Notes: generated by a model from the sequence alone, not told the origin. Counted from the stretch's first letter, positions 9,238-18,871 are shown. The stretch is 64,000 nucleotides of DNA from Luteolibacter sp. (GCA_043766715.1 JAYUHS010000176.1:15379-79378); one strand, 5' to 3'. Numbers and translations are program-made.

Positions 9238-11031
9238 TCAGCGCTTTCCGGCCTTGCCGAAACGAAGTGGGGTGCGGTTGGTGGGGTAGTTTTCTTGCGG
9301 TGCAAGTTCGTCGGCACGCGGGTAATACGGTGCTTGACCTGGTTGCAGTCCGCGGAGCGTCCGCTTCAAATTCGGCTCGTGGGCAGCACCCGGGTTGTTT
9401 TCATCCAGCCAGTTGTAGTCGCACGCGAGTTCGGTGGCTGAGTGGATCCGGTTGTTGGTGGCGCGGTTTTCCGAGTGTTTGGTCGGATCGTAGGATTTGG
9501 GCGTGACGATGAACACCAGACTGGTTTTTTCTTTGGAGGCTTCTTTGCTCTTGAAGAAGAAGTTCACCACGGGGAGATCGCCAAGAAGTGGGATTTTGGT
9601 CTTCGCATCGCTTTGGGCCTCGCCGTAGAAGCCGCCGACGACCAGCGAAAAACCATCCGGAACGCGGGCCAGAGATTCGACCATCGACTCAGTGACACGC
9701 GGATATTTATTGCCTTGAAAGCTGGTGATCTGTTCGACGATCTGGGCAGACCGGGGGCGCAGTTTCATGCGGATCGTGCCGTCGGGCAAGAGAGTGGGGG
9801 TGACCACCATCGAGATCCCGATTTCCCGATGTTTTTCAGGGTTTGAGCTGAAAGTCGGATCTTCGGCGTCGATTTTATAGCGGACCTGCTCGGTGCGCTG
9901 AGTCTCCGAACCATTGGCCCCACCGCTGACTGTCGAAGTGATGATGGGAAGGCGATCGTTGATGAAGATGCTCGCTTGTTCGTTGTCCTCGGTGATGAGG
10001 GTGGGATTGGAAATTTGGCGGGCGAGGGTCCCCTCAGCGAGCGCTCGGAGGACACCGTTTAGTTGGATTGGAGACAGCACAATGTTCGAATCTCCGCCTG
10101 TCACGACGCTGGAGGCGACGGGTGCAGACAGGCCGAAGATCGAGTTGAGGTCGCGAGAGAGACGCAGACTAGTCCCATCCTTACCCAGTGCAGTGGTCCA
10201 GTTCACTCCGGTGCGCTCGGCAGTCGCGCTGGTGATGCGGAGAATTTTGGTTTCTACGATGATCTGGCCCTTTGCCTTATCGATGCTGTGGAGAAGTTCT
10301 CGAACTCGCTCGATGCGATAAGCAGAGTCGATCACGATGATGGTGTTGGTCTTCGGTTCGAAATTGACCAACCCGACTGCGCCCCCGGCTTTGGCGGTGA
10401 GCATCGGTAGGATCAAATCCTTGATCTGGTTGATGTCAGTTGGGCGGAGATAGCGGAGCTGGTAGTGAAACTCGGTGCTTGGAAGCTTGGCAAGTTGATC
10501 CTCGGTGAGAGCGTAGATGGTATTGCCCTTGGTATAAAGCATCAAGCTCCGGCCGAATGCGAGTTCCTCCATTTGCTGGAGTGGATTTCCTTCCGTGAGA
10601 TGACCCGTGACGTTGTATTCGGGCGTGTTGAGCTGACTGTTGTGGAAATACTGCTTGTTAGCGGATGTCGCGAGAAATTGGAAAATATCGTTGATGCGAG
10701 CTTCCATCATGTTGTAGCCGTCCGCCGATTTCTCCATATCCTGTTTCTGCTGTTCTAGCGGGGCAAAGGGTGCAGGGGCCACTGCTGGGCCGGCGGCAGG
10801 TTCCGTCGGAGGCTGATGATTTAGCGGAAGGTCCGCCACTCCTCCGGGAGTGGAGGGATTGCTGGCCGGTGCGGAAACTTCTGATTGGGAACTGGGTGCT
10901 CCCGGAGTAACGGGAGCTTGCTCTTCGTTGGGGATGACCGGTTCGATCATCGGATCGACCGGTGTTTGGGCGTGGAGGATTCCCGCCGTCAGCAGGGCTG
11001 CGGAGAAGTTGAAGAGATTCGCGGCTTTCAT
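9238..11031 (-). CDS. Secretin (type II/III secretion system protein; PilQ/GspD-like)
   Basis: 597 aa with a signal peptide and a C-terminal secretin core including IPLLGDLPVVNFFFKSKEASKEKTSLVFIVTPK. Confidence 0.88.
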   Translation of the reverse strand: MKAANLFNFSAALLTAGILHAQTPVDPMIEPVIPNEEQAPVTPGAPSSQSEVSAPASNPSTPGGVADLPLNHQPPTEPAAGPAVAPAPFAPLEQQKQDMEKSADGYNMMEARINDIFQFLATSANKQYFHNSQLNTPEYNVTGHLTEGNPLQQMEELAFGRSLMLYTKGNTIYALTEDQLAKLPSTEFHYQLRYLRPTDINQIKDLILPMLTAKAGGAVGLVNFEPKTNTIIVIDSAYRIERVRELLHSIDKAKGQIIVETKILRITSATAERTGVNWTTALGKDGTSLRLSRDLNSIFGLSAPVASSVVTGGDSNIVLSPIQLNGVLRALAEGTLARQISNPTLITEDNEQASIFINDRLPIITSTVSGGANGSETQRTEQVRYKIDAEDPTFSSNPEKHREIGISMVVTPTLLPDGTIRMKLRPRSAQIVEQITSFQGNKYPRVTESMVESLARVPDGFSLVVGGFYGEAQSDAKTKIPLLGDLPVVNFFFKSKEASKEKTSLVFIVTPKSYDPTKHSENRATNNRIHSATELACDYNWLDENNPGAAHEPNLKRTLRGLQPGQAPYYPRADELAPQENYPTNRTPLRFGKAGKR

Positions 11032-11054
11032 GATTCGTGTCGGTAGGGAAAAGG

Positions 11055-11723
11055 TTAGGGAGCGGAGTTACCCGCGTCGAGTTCGATGGGGGCATTCGTG
11101 CGGTTGGGAGTCATCCCAGGAACGGTAGTTGGTTGGCTGCCGGGAGTCAGACCTAGGGGCAGGCCGTTGAGTCTGCGGCTGGCCGTCTCGCCCGTATCCA
11201 GATTTCGGAAGGTGATCTGCTGAGAACTCACCTCCGTGATTTGCACCCGCAATTGCTTGCCTTGGTATTTAAGCGGAATCAGTTCTCCCTGTCTAAATGG
11301 ACGGCTTCCGTATAAAAACATCTTTTCCCTCGGCATAACCGTCGTCACGGCGATCAGCGGCACGATCTGGCTGAACGGTGTGGCCTGTTTGGTTGCGACG
11401 GCACCATTGCCAAAGTTGGAAGGCTTGGTGAGTGGCACCACTTCCGGATTCTGAGTCAAGCCGAAGGGATCGCGCACCCGATTCTTCATGAGGAATTGCG
11501 ATGAAATCGACTTCAAGTAGGACTCGATCTCCGTCGGACCAATCAGGCGCGAGGGCGTCGAGTCCACGTTACCCAAGTCTTTTGAAGCGGGCTTTACGCC
11601 GTTTTCGGACCCCGGACTCGGCTTCACCTGATGGGACGGTGCGGGATCGAAGTTCGACGCCGACTGCGCGAACGCAGGTGACGACAACGCTACCGCGAAG
11701 TAAATAATGGCTAGTTTTCCCAT
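11055..11723 (-). CDS. PilP-like pilus assembly protein (positional/weak similarity)
   Basis: 222 aa with a signal peptide. The C-terminal beta-domain (MFLYGSRPFRQGELIPLKYQGKQLRVQITEVSSQQITFRNLDTGE) and its position directly upstream of the secretin match PilP. Confidence 0.45.
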   Translation of the reverse strand: MGKLAIIYFAVALSSPAFAQSASNFDPAPSHQVKPSPGSENGVKPASKDLGNVDSTPSRLIGPTEIESYLKSISSQFLMKNRVRDPFGLTQNPEVVPLTKPSNFGNGAVATKQATPFSQIVPLIAVTTVMPREKMFLYGSRPFRQGELIPLKYQGKQLRVQITEVSSQQITFRNLDTGETASRRLNGLPLGLTPGSQPTTVPGMTPNRTNAPIELDAGNSAP

Positions 11724-12247
11724 GCGGTGTAGTTGACTTGGAAGTTGAGCAGCGAGGATTGGCTAGGATTTGGGAGGATATTTAGCTCTTGGAGTTGAAG
11801 CTGTGGCATCCGGGTTTCCAACTCGAGCAGGGCGAGCTGCATGGTCCGAAAGGTACTGCGGAAGGAGATGCTCACCTGAGAGGAATTCTGCGCGGAAACA
11901 CTGCCGAATCCCGCCTTGGCGACCGAAGGATCGCCACCGCCAAAGATAATTTCCTTACTGGGAAGGTGTTCGGCGATCTCCTTTAGGTTCTTATTGACCA
12001 AGCTTTTCGTTTCGAGCCCAAGCTGGACATTCCAGCGGGCCATTTGTGGGCGATGGCTGTTCACTTGGGCCTCGACCTCACGCGCAGCGGCCACTCCCAT
12101 TGAGGCGTTTTTGGCGTCTTTCTCCTTGGTATTAAAGGAATCCACGACCTGTGACTTGAGCACGGAGGACCCACCCACCACCGCCGCGCCGACGAGGATG
12201 GGGAGGACGATCCCAAAGAGGATGATCGGTTGACGATAAAGACTCAT
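11711..12247 (-). CDS. PilO-like bitopic membrane protein (positional)
   Basis: 178 aa with an N-terminal TM (IILFGIVLPILVGAAVVGG). Sits between the PilM/N-like and PilP-like genes. Confidence 0.4.
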   Translation of the reverse strand: MSLYRQPIILFGIVLPILVGAAVVGGSSVLKSQVVDSFNTKEKDAKNASMGVAAAREVEAQVNSHRPQMARWNVQLGLETKSLVNKNLKEIAEHLPSKEIIFGGGDPSVAKAGFGSVSAQNSSQVSISFRSTFRTMQLALLELETRMPQLQLQELNILPNPSQSSLLNFQVNYTAWEN

Positions 12248-12276
12248 AAAATCAGAAAATTGAGAGCGGGAGGGGG

Positions 12277-14055
12277 TTAGGGAGCTTTGGCAACGTTGAT
12301 CGCCATCGGGTCGGTCGCTTCGAAGCGCTGGGTGATGGTGATGTCAAAGGTGTAGGGATAGCTACTTTCATCGGTCAAATCTGCCGAAGTGGGCGAGTCT
12401 GCTTTGAAGGCTGCATTTTCCGGGGTGCGGATGTTCACCACCAAATTACGGTTTCCGATATTCGGGCTGTAGGTGCTGTTACCAGTGATCTGGGCGATTT
12501 TGGTGAAGTAATCCGAAATCCCCTCGCGGGTGTTGATGGTCTCTAAATAGTCTTTTGCCTCAGCGCGGGCAAACCCGGTGATTTTCCAATCCTTGACGAA
12601 GCCGACCTTTGCTTTACCGGATGCGGTGGCATCGGGTTTGACCGTGTGCTTGTAGGTTTTCACCAACATTCCGCCTTTCTCCGGGAACATCTGGGAAAAA
12701 GCTTCCATGTTCATCCAGCCCTTCGAGCGGTCTTCGAGTAAATTACTCCAGTGATCGAGGCGCTGTTTTTCTTGGTTGAGCTTGGTGAGCTTGGCCTGCG
12801 CGGCTTGGGCTTGCGTGGAGTCGAATTTCCATTCGTCGCGCCAAGTCAATTGCAGGGCTTGTAATCCAAAATAGGCGACGCAGACGGCGGCGATGCCATA
12901 CACGGCGACTCGTGCGATCCGCAGTGTTCGCAGTAGTCGCATGTCGGAGCGTTCGGGGAAGACGTCAGCGATCTCGCTGGGCGTCGGTAGAAAGTCTTGG
13001 AGTGCCCATCGTTCTTCGCGCAGGATTTGGAAGGTGTGGCTGGTGGTGAATCCCTTGGCCGGAGTGGAAGGCGTCTGCATGGCCATCACTGGCTCCGGGC
13101 ACCAGCTCGGGATGCCCTCAGTTTCCGGCTGCTGGACCACTTCCACGCGGCTAATCGGGAAGGCAAGCTTCAAGTCTGCGGCGACCGTGGCATCGACATT
13201 CGCACCCAGTGGGAGGATGAAGAGATCGGGATCGCTGAACTCAAGTGAGGCGTTGGTCGTGGCGAGGGCGTTGCGGAAATTCGTCGGCCTGCGCAGACCA
13301 CGGTGCTGGAGCGTGCGGACGAGCCGGAGGTCTCCGCGCTCATTGAAGAAGCCAAGCGCCGTTAGCCACGGGTATTGGAGGATGACGACAAATGCCTTGC
13401 CCGGAGTCAGCGTCGCCCGCTCGCCGAAGCCCATGAGGGCGACCAAGGGTGCGCTCAGAGCATGGGTGATGACCGGGAAATTTTCTCTTTCCCCCGCTTG
13501 GCGCAGCGCATCGAAGAGCAGGGTATAATGTTTGGTGAGCGTGATGGTGGTGGCGATGGCCTCACCGCCCGCAGCAGGATAGGGCAGGATGCGCCATGCG
13601 GATTGCGCGGCATCGATCGAAGAGTCCGACAGAATTGAAGCGGGATTGGCGATGGCAGCCTCTCGGAGTTCGGGGAGAACGGCAGCATGATCGAACTCCG
13701 ACTTGAGTGCGGTGGTGGCGAATTCATCCGCCACGTGCAGGATGACACCGACTGAGGTTGCACCGTGCGAGCGGGCGGCACGGATGGCTTCGGTGGCCAG
13801 CGACTCAATTTTCGACGGCTCTTGGAGCGCTTCCTCGGTCAGGGCAGGGCCTGCACTCCACAGGGATTTTTTGCGGTCGTAGTAAAAGGTGACTACACCT
13901 GCGCCGTCGGCCCGGAGGTGAAGCTGATAATCCAGTTCCAATGCCTCTTGATACCAAGCAGGATTACTAGCGCGGGTGGTGGTGCGCAGAATCGCGCGGG
14001 CTTGGCTGAATTGCTTAAGGGCATTCAGGGCGGCGGGGTGTTGGAAGGTGGCCAA
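12277..14055 (-). CDS. PilM/PilN-like fusion protein (cytoplasmic domain + TM + periplasmic domain)
   Basis: 592 aa. About 390 aa of soluble N-terminal region, one TM (IARVAVYGIAAVCVAYFGL), a coiled coil (QAQAAQAKLTKLNQEKQRL) and a periplasmic domain. The apparent start is TTG. Function is assigned by gene order (M/N-O-P-Q). Confidence 0.4.
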   Translation of the reverse strand: MATFQHPAALNALKQFSQARAILRTTTRASNPAWYQEALELDYQLHLRADGAGVVTFYYDRKKSLWSAGPALTEEALQEPSKIESLATEAIRAARSHGATSVGVILHVADEFATTALKSEFDHAAVLPELREAAIANPASILSDSSIDAAQSAWRILPYPAAGGEAIATTITLTKHYTLLFDALRQAGERENFPVITHALSAPLVALMGFGERATLTPGKAFVVILQYPWLTALGFFNERGDLRLVRTLQHRGLRRPTNFRNALATTNASLEFSDPDLFILPLGANVDATVAADLKLAFPISRVEVVQQPETEGIPSWCPEPVMAMQTPSTPAKGFTTSHTFQILREERWALQDFLPTPSEIADVFPERSDMRLLRTLRIARVAVYGIAAVCVAYFGLQALQLTWRDEWKFDSTQAQAAQAKLTKLNQEKQRLDHWSNLLEDRSKGWMNMEAFSQMFPEKGGMLVKTYKHTVKPDATASGKAKVGFVKDWKITGFARAEAKDYLETINTREGISDYFTKIAQITGNSTYSPNIGNRNLVVNIRTPENAAFKADSPTSADLTDESSYPYTFDITITQRFEATDPMAINVAKAP

Positions 14056-14170
14056 GGGAGAAGGGATTAGGGAAGTGGGAGGCGGAGTAAGCGGGGTAAT
14101 CCGGAAAAGTCAAAGCGAGAAAATAGCTTAGGCTAGAGAGAAAATCACAAATCGGAGAGGAATGATGGAA

Positions 14171-14590
14171 TCACCAACTGGAGTAACTCCCTGCGAGCGG
14201 GGCAAACTCAGCGTCCGCCGTGGTATTGAGGTAGGTTGGCGTGAGGTAGAGAGTGCCGACCGGTGGGATGGTAGAATCGAAATTACCCGTGTAGGTGATG
14301 TCAGGGTTAGGGGAAGTCACGCTACCGAGATATTTGCCGGGGCCGATGATGTCGGTCTGGGCAAGTGGGCTGCCAATGGCGAGCTGGCGGGTGTTCGCGT
14401 GAGCCCGGACGGCTTGTTGTACATTTCGGATGTTGATGATGTTTGCGGAGCGGTCAGAGCCTCTTTTCCAAGCGCGGGTGCCGATGAAAAGGATTGTGAT
14501 GAGTGTGATCATCACAAGGATAACGACTGTAAGCTCAAGCAGGGTCATTCCTGACTTAGGTTTCATCAGGCCACTAGACGTGAACTCCAT
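14171..14590 (-). CDS. Prepilin-type pilin/pseudopilin (paralog 2)
   Basis: Leader ...KPKSG|MTLLELTVVILVMITLITILFIG. The conserved N-terminal ~65 aa are shared with the neighbouring paralog. Confidence 0.85.
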   Translation of the reverse strand: MEFTSSGLMKPKSGMTLLELTVVILVMITLITILFIGTRAWKRGSDRSANIINIRNVQQAVRAHANTRQLAIGSPLAQTDIIGPGKYLGSVTSPNPDITYTGNFDSTIPPVGTLYLTPTYLNTTADAEFAPLAGSYSSW

Positions 14591-14645
14591 GGGTAGTGTA
14601 AATTCGCTGGATCAAAACTAATCAATCACTCAAACAAGTAAACGA

Positions 14646-14668
14646 CTCACCCACCGTTGGCAGGTGAG
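14646..14668 (-). terminator. Possible weak intrinsic terminator/attenuator after the first pilin gene
   Basis: The minus-strand RNA has a CUCACC...GGUGAG 6-bp stem followed by a U-rich stretch (ucguuuacuuguuug). Confidence 0.25.
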
Positions 14669-14704
14669 CCGTAGAACTAAGTCTCCTAATTGGAGATCAT
14701 TAAT

Positions 14705-15121
14705 TTACCATTCTTGAGTGGTCGTGGTAGCTGGTGCGAAGTCAGCGCTGGCGCCTGCAGCCGTATAATCACCAACTAAATACAATACTCCTGTAGTTGG
14801 AACTGAAGTAAGATATGTATATGCACCAAGTGTGGTGTTTGGAGGTGTTGGAGCACGGAGATACTTATCTGCGCCGACAATATCCGTGGAGGCGAGTGTA
14901 GCGCCTTCAAGAAGTTGACGGACGTTCGCGTGAGCACGCACGGCTTGTTGCACGTTACGAATGTTCAGAATGTTCGCTGCGCGGTCCGAACCCTTCTTCC
15001 AAGCGCGAGCGCCAATGAAGAGGATCGAGATGAGGGAAAGCAAGACGAGGATGACGACCGTCAATTCAAGCAGGGTCATACCGGACTTGGGCTTTGCGCT
15101 CAGGGTGTTTGTAAGTTTCAT
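14705..15121 (-). CDS. Prepilin-type pilin/pseudopilin (paralog 1, probable major subunit)
   Basis: Leader MKLTNTLSAKPKSG|MTLLELTVVILVLLSLISILFIG. First pilin after pilT. A small hairpin plus T-rich tract follows the stop. Confidence 0.85.
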   Translation of the reverse strand: MKLTNTLSAKPKSGMTLLELTVVILVLLSLISILFIGARAWKKGSDRAANILNIRNVQQAVRAHANVRQLLEGATLASTDIVGADKYLRAPTPPNTTLGAYTYLTSVPTTGVLYLVGDYTAAGASADFAPATTTTQEW

Positions 15122-15234
15122 AGTGTGTTATTTTCTATATCTAGGTGTGTTGCTATTTTGTCGGATCGAGAATGCTTGGGAGAGGGAGAATTCTAAATTC
15201 TTCCGGCTCCATCGGCATTTCTCAGAAGGTGTTA

Positions 15235-16521
15235 TTACTCGCCATCTTCGTTTTTGTTCATTTTGGCGTTGTAGAAAGTTTCTGGGGTGATGACGCCTTG
15301 GTTCATCAGGCGCTTGAGATTGTTATCCCACTCGATGTTACCGGCTCTGCGGATCACATCCTCGAGCGAATGGGCACCGCCATCGTAGCTGGCGATGGCG
15401 CTGGAGACGGCGTCGTCGTTATTCTGGAGGAATTCGTAGGTGAGCACTCGCTTGTGGACGCCATTGAGCAGGCCTTGCGAGTGGATGAAGATCAGGATCT
15501 CAGACAGCCGACTGAGGACGGCTGAGTGCATATCCTTCGGGTAAAGCTCAAGAATCCGACCGATGGTCTTGACCGCGCCGGTGGTGTGAAGGGTAGAGAG
15601 AACGAGGTGGCCGGTCTGGGCGGCTTCCATGCAGGTTTCCATGGCCTCGCGATCCCGGATTTCCCCAAGAAGGATGATGTGCGGAGCCTTACGCAGCACA
15701 TCCTTGAGGCCTTGGCGGTAAGAATGCACATCCCGCCCGACTTCTTGCTGGGTGATGATGCTGGGCGAGGGGATACGGTGGCCGGGGTAGTCCGGATCGT
15801 CCATATCGTCCGGGTATTGATACTCGATCGGATCCTCGACGGTGACGATGTGCTTGGGATGATTCCGCCGTGCCCAGTCGATGAGTGAGGCGAGGGTGGT
15901 GGATTTACCCGAACCGGTGGGACCAGTGACGAGGCAGAGGCCCGCCCGCTTGAGCACGCCGTGGCGGAGGGTGTCCGTGGTGTCTGGATCGATCCCGAGC
16001 GACTCAAGCTCGGGGATGTAGTCATTGAGAATCCGGCAAGTGATGCCGAGACCCGAGGAGCTGAGGTGCGCTTGGATCCGCAGCCGCCCGGAGCGTTCCT
16101 CGCTGTCGGCAGAATCGCTCAAGAGGATGCCGTCGCAGGAGAAATCCGCGACCCGGTGCTCTGAGAAATCCGCAATGGCGCGGCGGATTTTTTCGTCCAC
16201 TCGCAGATCGATGCCCTTGTCTTGGCCGAAGCCGTGGCTGCCGCTTTCGCGGTTGGCGATGAGTTCCTTGAGGATCTCGTCGAGGTGGGCGGGTGATAGG
16301 ATGCCAAGGAAGTCGAGTTTCTCCATGCCCTTGTTGGTATGGATGTAAACTGGCCGATCTGACCGCATCTGGATGTCTGAGACCTTCTGCTCACGGCAGA
16401 CCCGGAAAATAATAGCCAGCAGTTCCTTACCCCGCATCCCACTGGAGAAACGCACTGGCACTGCCGCCGGGGCAAATCCCGGGAGCGGCGGTGGTTCAGT
16501 GATGATGGAGAATACAGACAT
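15235..16521 (-). CDS. pilT: PilT/PilU family type IV pilus retraction ATPase
   Basis: Walker A (VTGPTGSGKSTTL), ILLGEIRD, and a His box (TGHLVLSTLHT). Lacks the T2SSE_N domain. Confidence 0.8.
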   Translation of the reverse strand: MSVFSIITEPPPLPGFAPAAVPVRFSSGMRGKELLAIIFRVCREQKVSDIQMRSDRPVYIHTNKGMEKLDFLGILSPAHLDEILKELIANRESGSHGFGQDKGIDLRVDEKIRRAIADFSEHRVADFSCDGILLSDSADSEERSGRLRIQAHLSSSGLGITCRILNDYIPELESLGIDPDTTDTLRHGVLKRAGLCLVTGPTGSGKSTTLASLIDWARRNHPKHIVTVEDPIEYQYPDDMDDPDYPGHRIPSPSIITQQEVGRDVHSYRQGLKDVLRKAPHIILLGEIRDREAMETCMEAAQTGHLVLSTLHTTGAVKTIGRILELYPKDMHSAVLSRLSEILIFIHSQGLLNGVHKRVLTYEFLQNNDDAVSSAIASYDGGAHSLEDVIRRAGNIEWDNNLKRLMNQGVITPETFYNAKMNKNEDGE

Positions 16522-16543
16522 GTAAGAAGGGGTAGGCGAACGA

Positions 16544-17422
16544 TCAATTTATCGCTTGAGACTCTTGAGGTGTTCCTTCGAGCCGGTCAATGGTTTTCAC
16601 CGCCGCTTCCCGGATCTTACGGATGAAGCTGACACGATCTTGGCACTCGGAAATCCGCATGGGAGAAAGTAAATCCCAATTTTTCGATTGATCCCATTTT
16701 TGAGAAATCGTGACGTAGCGGGCGAGGCAGACGTCCAGCAGATCAAGCTTATGGTGCATCTGGGCGAAGGTGAATTTCCGCGAGCCGGCCCGGTAATCGT
16801 TGAACATTAGCTCGAGGACATTTGTCACCGCTGCAGCGGCAGTGAGTGCTGGCCGGGGGTCCTGTTCTTGCTTCAGGCAATAACGGATGGTGTCATCCGC
16901 AAGCTTGGTGGCGGATGGCGTAAGCTCGGGGCGGGTGCCGAGCTGGGGCTCGGTGAGGAAAAAGTGGAGCGAATTGTAGTTCGCGTAGTGGGCAGGATCG
17001 AGCTGGTAGGTGAAGCGAAGTTTGTCCTCCACTTGGCGGCGCAGGTAGAAACGCAGGGCACTGCCGGGAGCCTTCGGATTGGTACGAGTCTCAGCAGCCT
17101 TGTCGAGCGAGGCGAGGAGCCCCTTCAAACGTGCGGTGAAGGAGGTTGGAATTTTCGCTGGAGCGGCAACCTCGGCCTCCACCTTGTGAGCACCCGCCGG
17201 ACGGGTCGCTCCGCCGCTCATGGAACTGTTGAAGTAGGTATCGATCGGGCCTTGCATCGCCATGGCAAAAACCTCGCCGTAAGGACTGCCATTGATGCCA
17301 AGGGGATTTAACGGAACACTCAGATCGGGATCGGTGACTAGTCCACGACCCGCAAACGCCCACGCCGTAACGCCCAAGCCGATGAGGCTGGCGGAAATCG
17401 TGTGGGTGATCAGACGTGTCAT
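16544..17422 (-). CDS. Hypothetical exported protein
   Basis: 292 aa with an N-terminal hydrophobic segment (ISASLIGLGVTAWAFA). No family recognised. Confidence 0.55.
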   Translation of the reverse strand: MTRLITHTISASLIGLGVTAWAFAGRGLVTDPDLSVPLNPLGINGSPYGEVFAMAMQGPIDTYFNSSMSGGATRPAGAHKVEAEVAAPAKIPTSFTARLKGLLASLDKAAETRTNPKAPGSALRFYLRRQVEDKLRFTYQLDPAHYANYNSLHFFLTEPQLGTRPELTPSATKLADDTIRYCLKQEQDPRPALTAAAAVTNVLELMFNDYRAGSRKFTFAQMHHKLDLLDVCLARYVTISQKWDQSKNWDLLSPMRISECQDRVSFIRKIREAAVKTIDRLEGTPQESQAIN

Positions 17423-17449
17423 GGTGGAAGGCGCGGTGAAGAGAGGAAA

Positions 17450-18217
17450 TCAGGCAGAAAGTTTCGTGCGGAAGCAAAGGCGGGAGACACCCGCGTAAAC
17501 TGCGAGAATGCCGCCGAAGTAAACGATCATTTCAAGGAAGGCTTGGGTGGGAAGGGCGCCGGATTTGAGAAGAAGTCGCTGAGTCAGATCCGCGAACCGG
17601 TAGTGAGGTGAGTAAAGCCAAAGCCCTTGGAGAATGGGATTTTGCTCAAGCTTCAGCATGTTATCGAGGTAGCCCACGCCATACAGGCCGTAAATCGTGA
17701 GGCCGAGTGTGGCCGCGAAGCCGGTGACGGCACCAAATCGTGAGGCGAGTGCTGCCGAGAGCGCCAACAGCGGGCCGATCACCAACAGGAATAAAGTGAC
17801 GTATTGGAGATTGAGAGTCCACCACATCGCACGCTCGCCGAGGTCGCCCGGTGCGGCGGAGAATTGACAGACGGCAGCGGTGATCAGAGCGAGAAATGCG
17901 ATGAAGCAAAAGACGGCCAACCAAATCTCGAAAAGCTGGCGAGTGGCGGAAACTCCGGTGGTGTAAAAATACTCGCCGACGCCGGTCTTGGCATTATTTT
18001 CCCCCTGCTGGGCGGCGGTGAAAAGACCCCAGACCAGCGTGCAAATCCAAAGGGTGCCCCATGAGGCAAGGACCCGGGCCGGCTGGACAAGAATCGGCTT
18101 CTCAGTGGCGCTCGAAATGACTGGCAGCACGAACGGAAGAACGATCACGGCGAATGCGCAGATGGCCCATGCCTTCCGTTGGAAGATCGTCGCGAAGGTG
18201 AGTCGGAACAGTCTCAT
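17450..18217 (-). CDS. ABC-2-type transporter permease
   Basis: 255 aa with six predicted TM segments, immediately downstream of the ABC ATPase. Confidence 0.6.
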   Translation of the reverse strand: MRLFRLTFATIFQRKAWAICAFAVIVLPFVLPVISSATEKPILVQPARVLASWGTLWICTLVWGLFTAAQQGENNAKTGVGEYFYTTGVSATRQLFEIWLAVFCFIAFLALITAAVCQFSAAPGDLGERAMWWTLNLQYVTLFLLVIGPLLALSAALASRFGAVTGFAATLGLTIYGLYGVGYLDNMLKLEQNPILQGLWLYSPHYRFADLTQRLLLKSGALPTQAFLEMIVYFGGILAVYAGVSRLCFRTKLSA

Positions 18218-18220
18218 GGC

Positions 18221-18871
18221 TCAATTCATCAAAGACTTCAGGGTGCTCCAAGTCTGGCTCGAATCGTGGAGGTGGCGGGCGTGATGACCCTCAATCATGA
18301 GTGCGCTGGGCATCTCCATGGAGTCGTAGTCCGGGTGGCAGCTCACGAGACGCAGAACATTGTCGGAAGATTCCTTCCAGATTTGTTCGAAGGCTTGGCG
18401 GGCGAAAGCGTCGAGGCCGCTGAACGGCTCATCGAGAAGTAGGATATTCCCGTTTTCCGGTTTTACGGAAAATTCGGCCATGATCAGGCTGGTTTTGCGG
18501 CGATTACCGGTGGAAAGGCGGCCGTAGGGTTTCTTGACATCCAGCTCGATCCGGCTGGCGAGCGCGAAGGCCGCGTCCAAGCGGGACTTCGGCAGCATCA
18601 TCCGAAAGACCAGCGCCGGGGTGACGGTGGGATCGAAGCGCAGGTCTTCGGGGAGATATTGAAGAAAGCCTGCGGTGCGAAAATTTCCGGCGAGGGGCTT
18701 CTGGGTCCGGGCCAGCGTACGAAGGAGAGTCGTCTTGCCCCGACCGTTCCGGGCAAGCAGGAAATGGGTGCCGCCACCTAGAGCCACCGATTCGCCGAAC
18801 TTGGCGAGGGGACTGCTGTAACCAATTTCCAGACCGGAGTCGAGATGGATGGATGGAGCTTGCGGGGACAT
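18221..18871 (-). CDS. ABC transporter ATP-binding protein
   Basis: Walker A (ARNGRGKTTLL), signature (LSTGNRRK) and Walker B (ILLLDEPFSGLD). The track ORF extends to 19171, but the ATG at 18869-18871 (MSPQAPSIHL...) gives a normal-length NBD. Confidence 0.8.
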   Translation of the reverse strand: MSPQAPSIHLDSGLEIGYSSPLAKFGESVALGGGTHFLLARNGRGKTTLLRTLARTQKPLAGNFRTAGFLQYLPEDLRFDPTVTPALVFRMMLPKSRLDAAFALASRIELDVKKPYGRLSTGNRRKTSLIMAEFSVKPENGNILLLDEPFSGLDAFARQAFEQIWKESSDNVLRLVSCHPDYDSMEMPSALMIEGHHARHLHDSSQTWSTLKSLMN

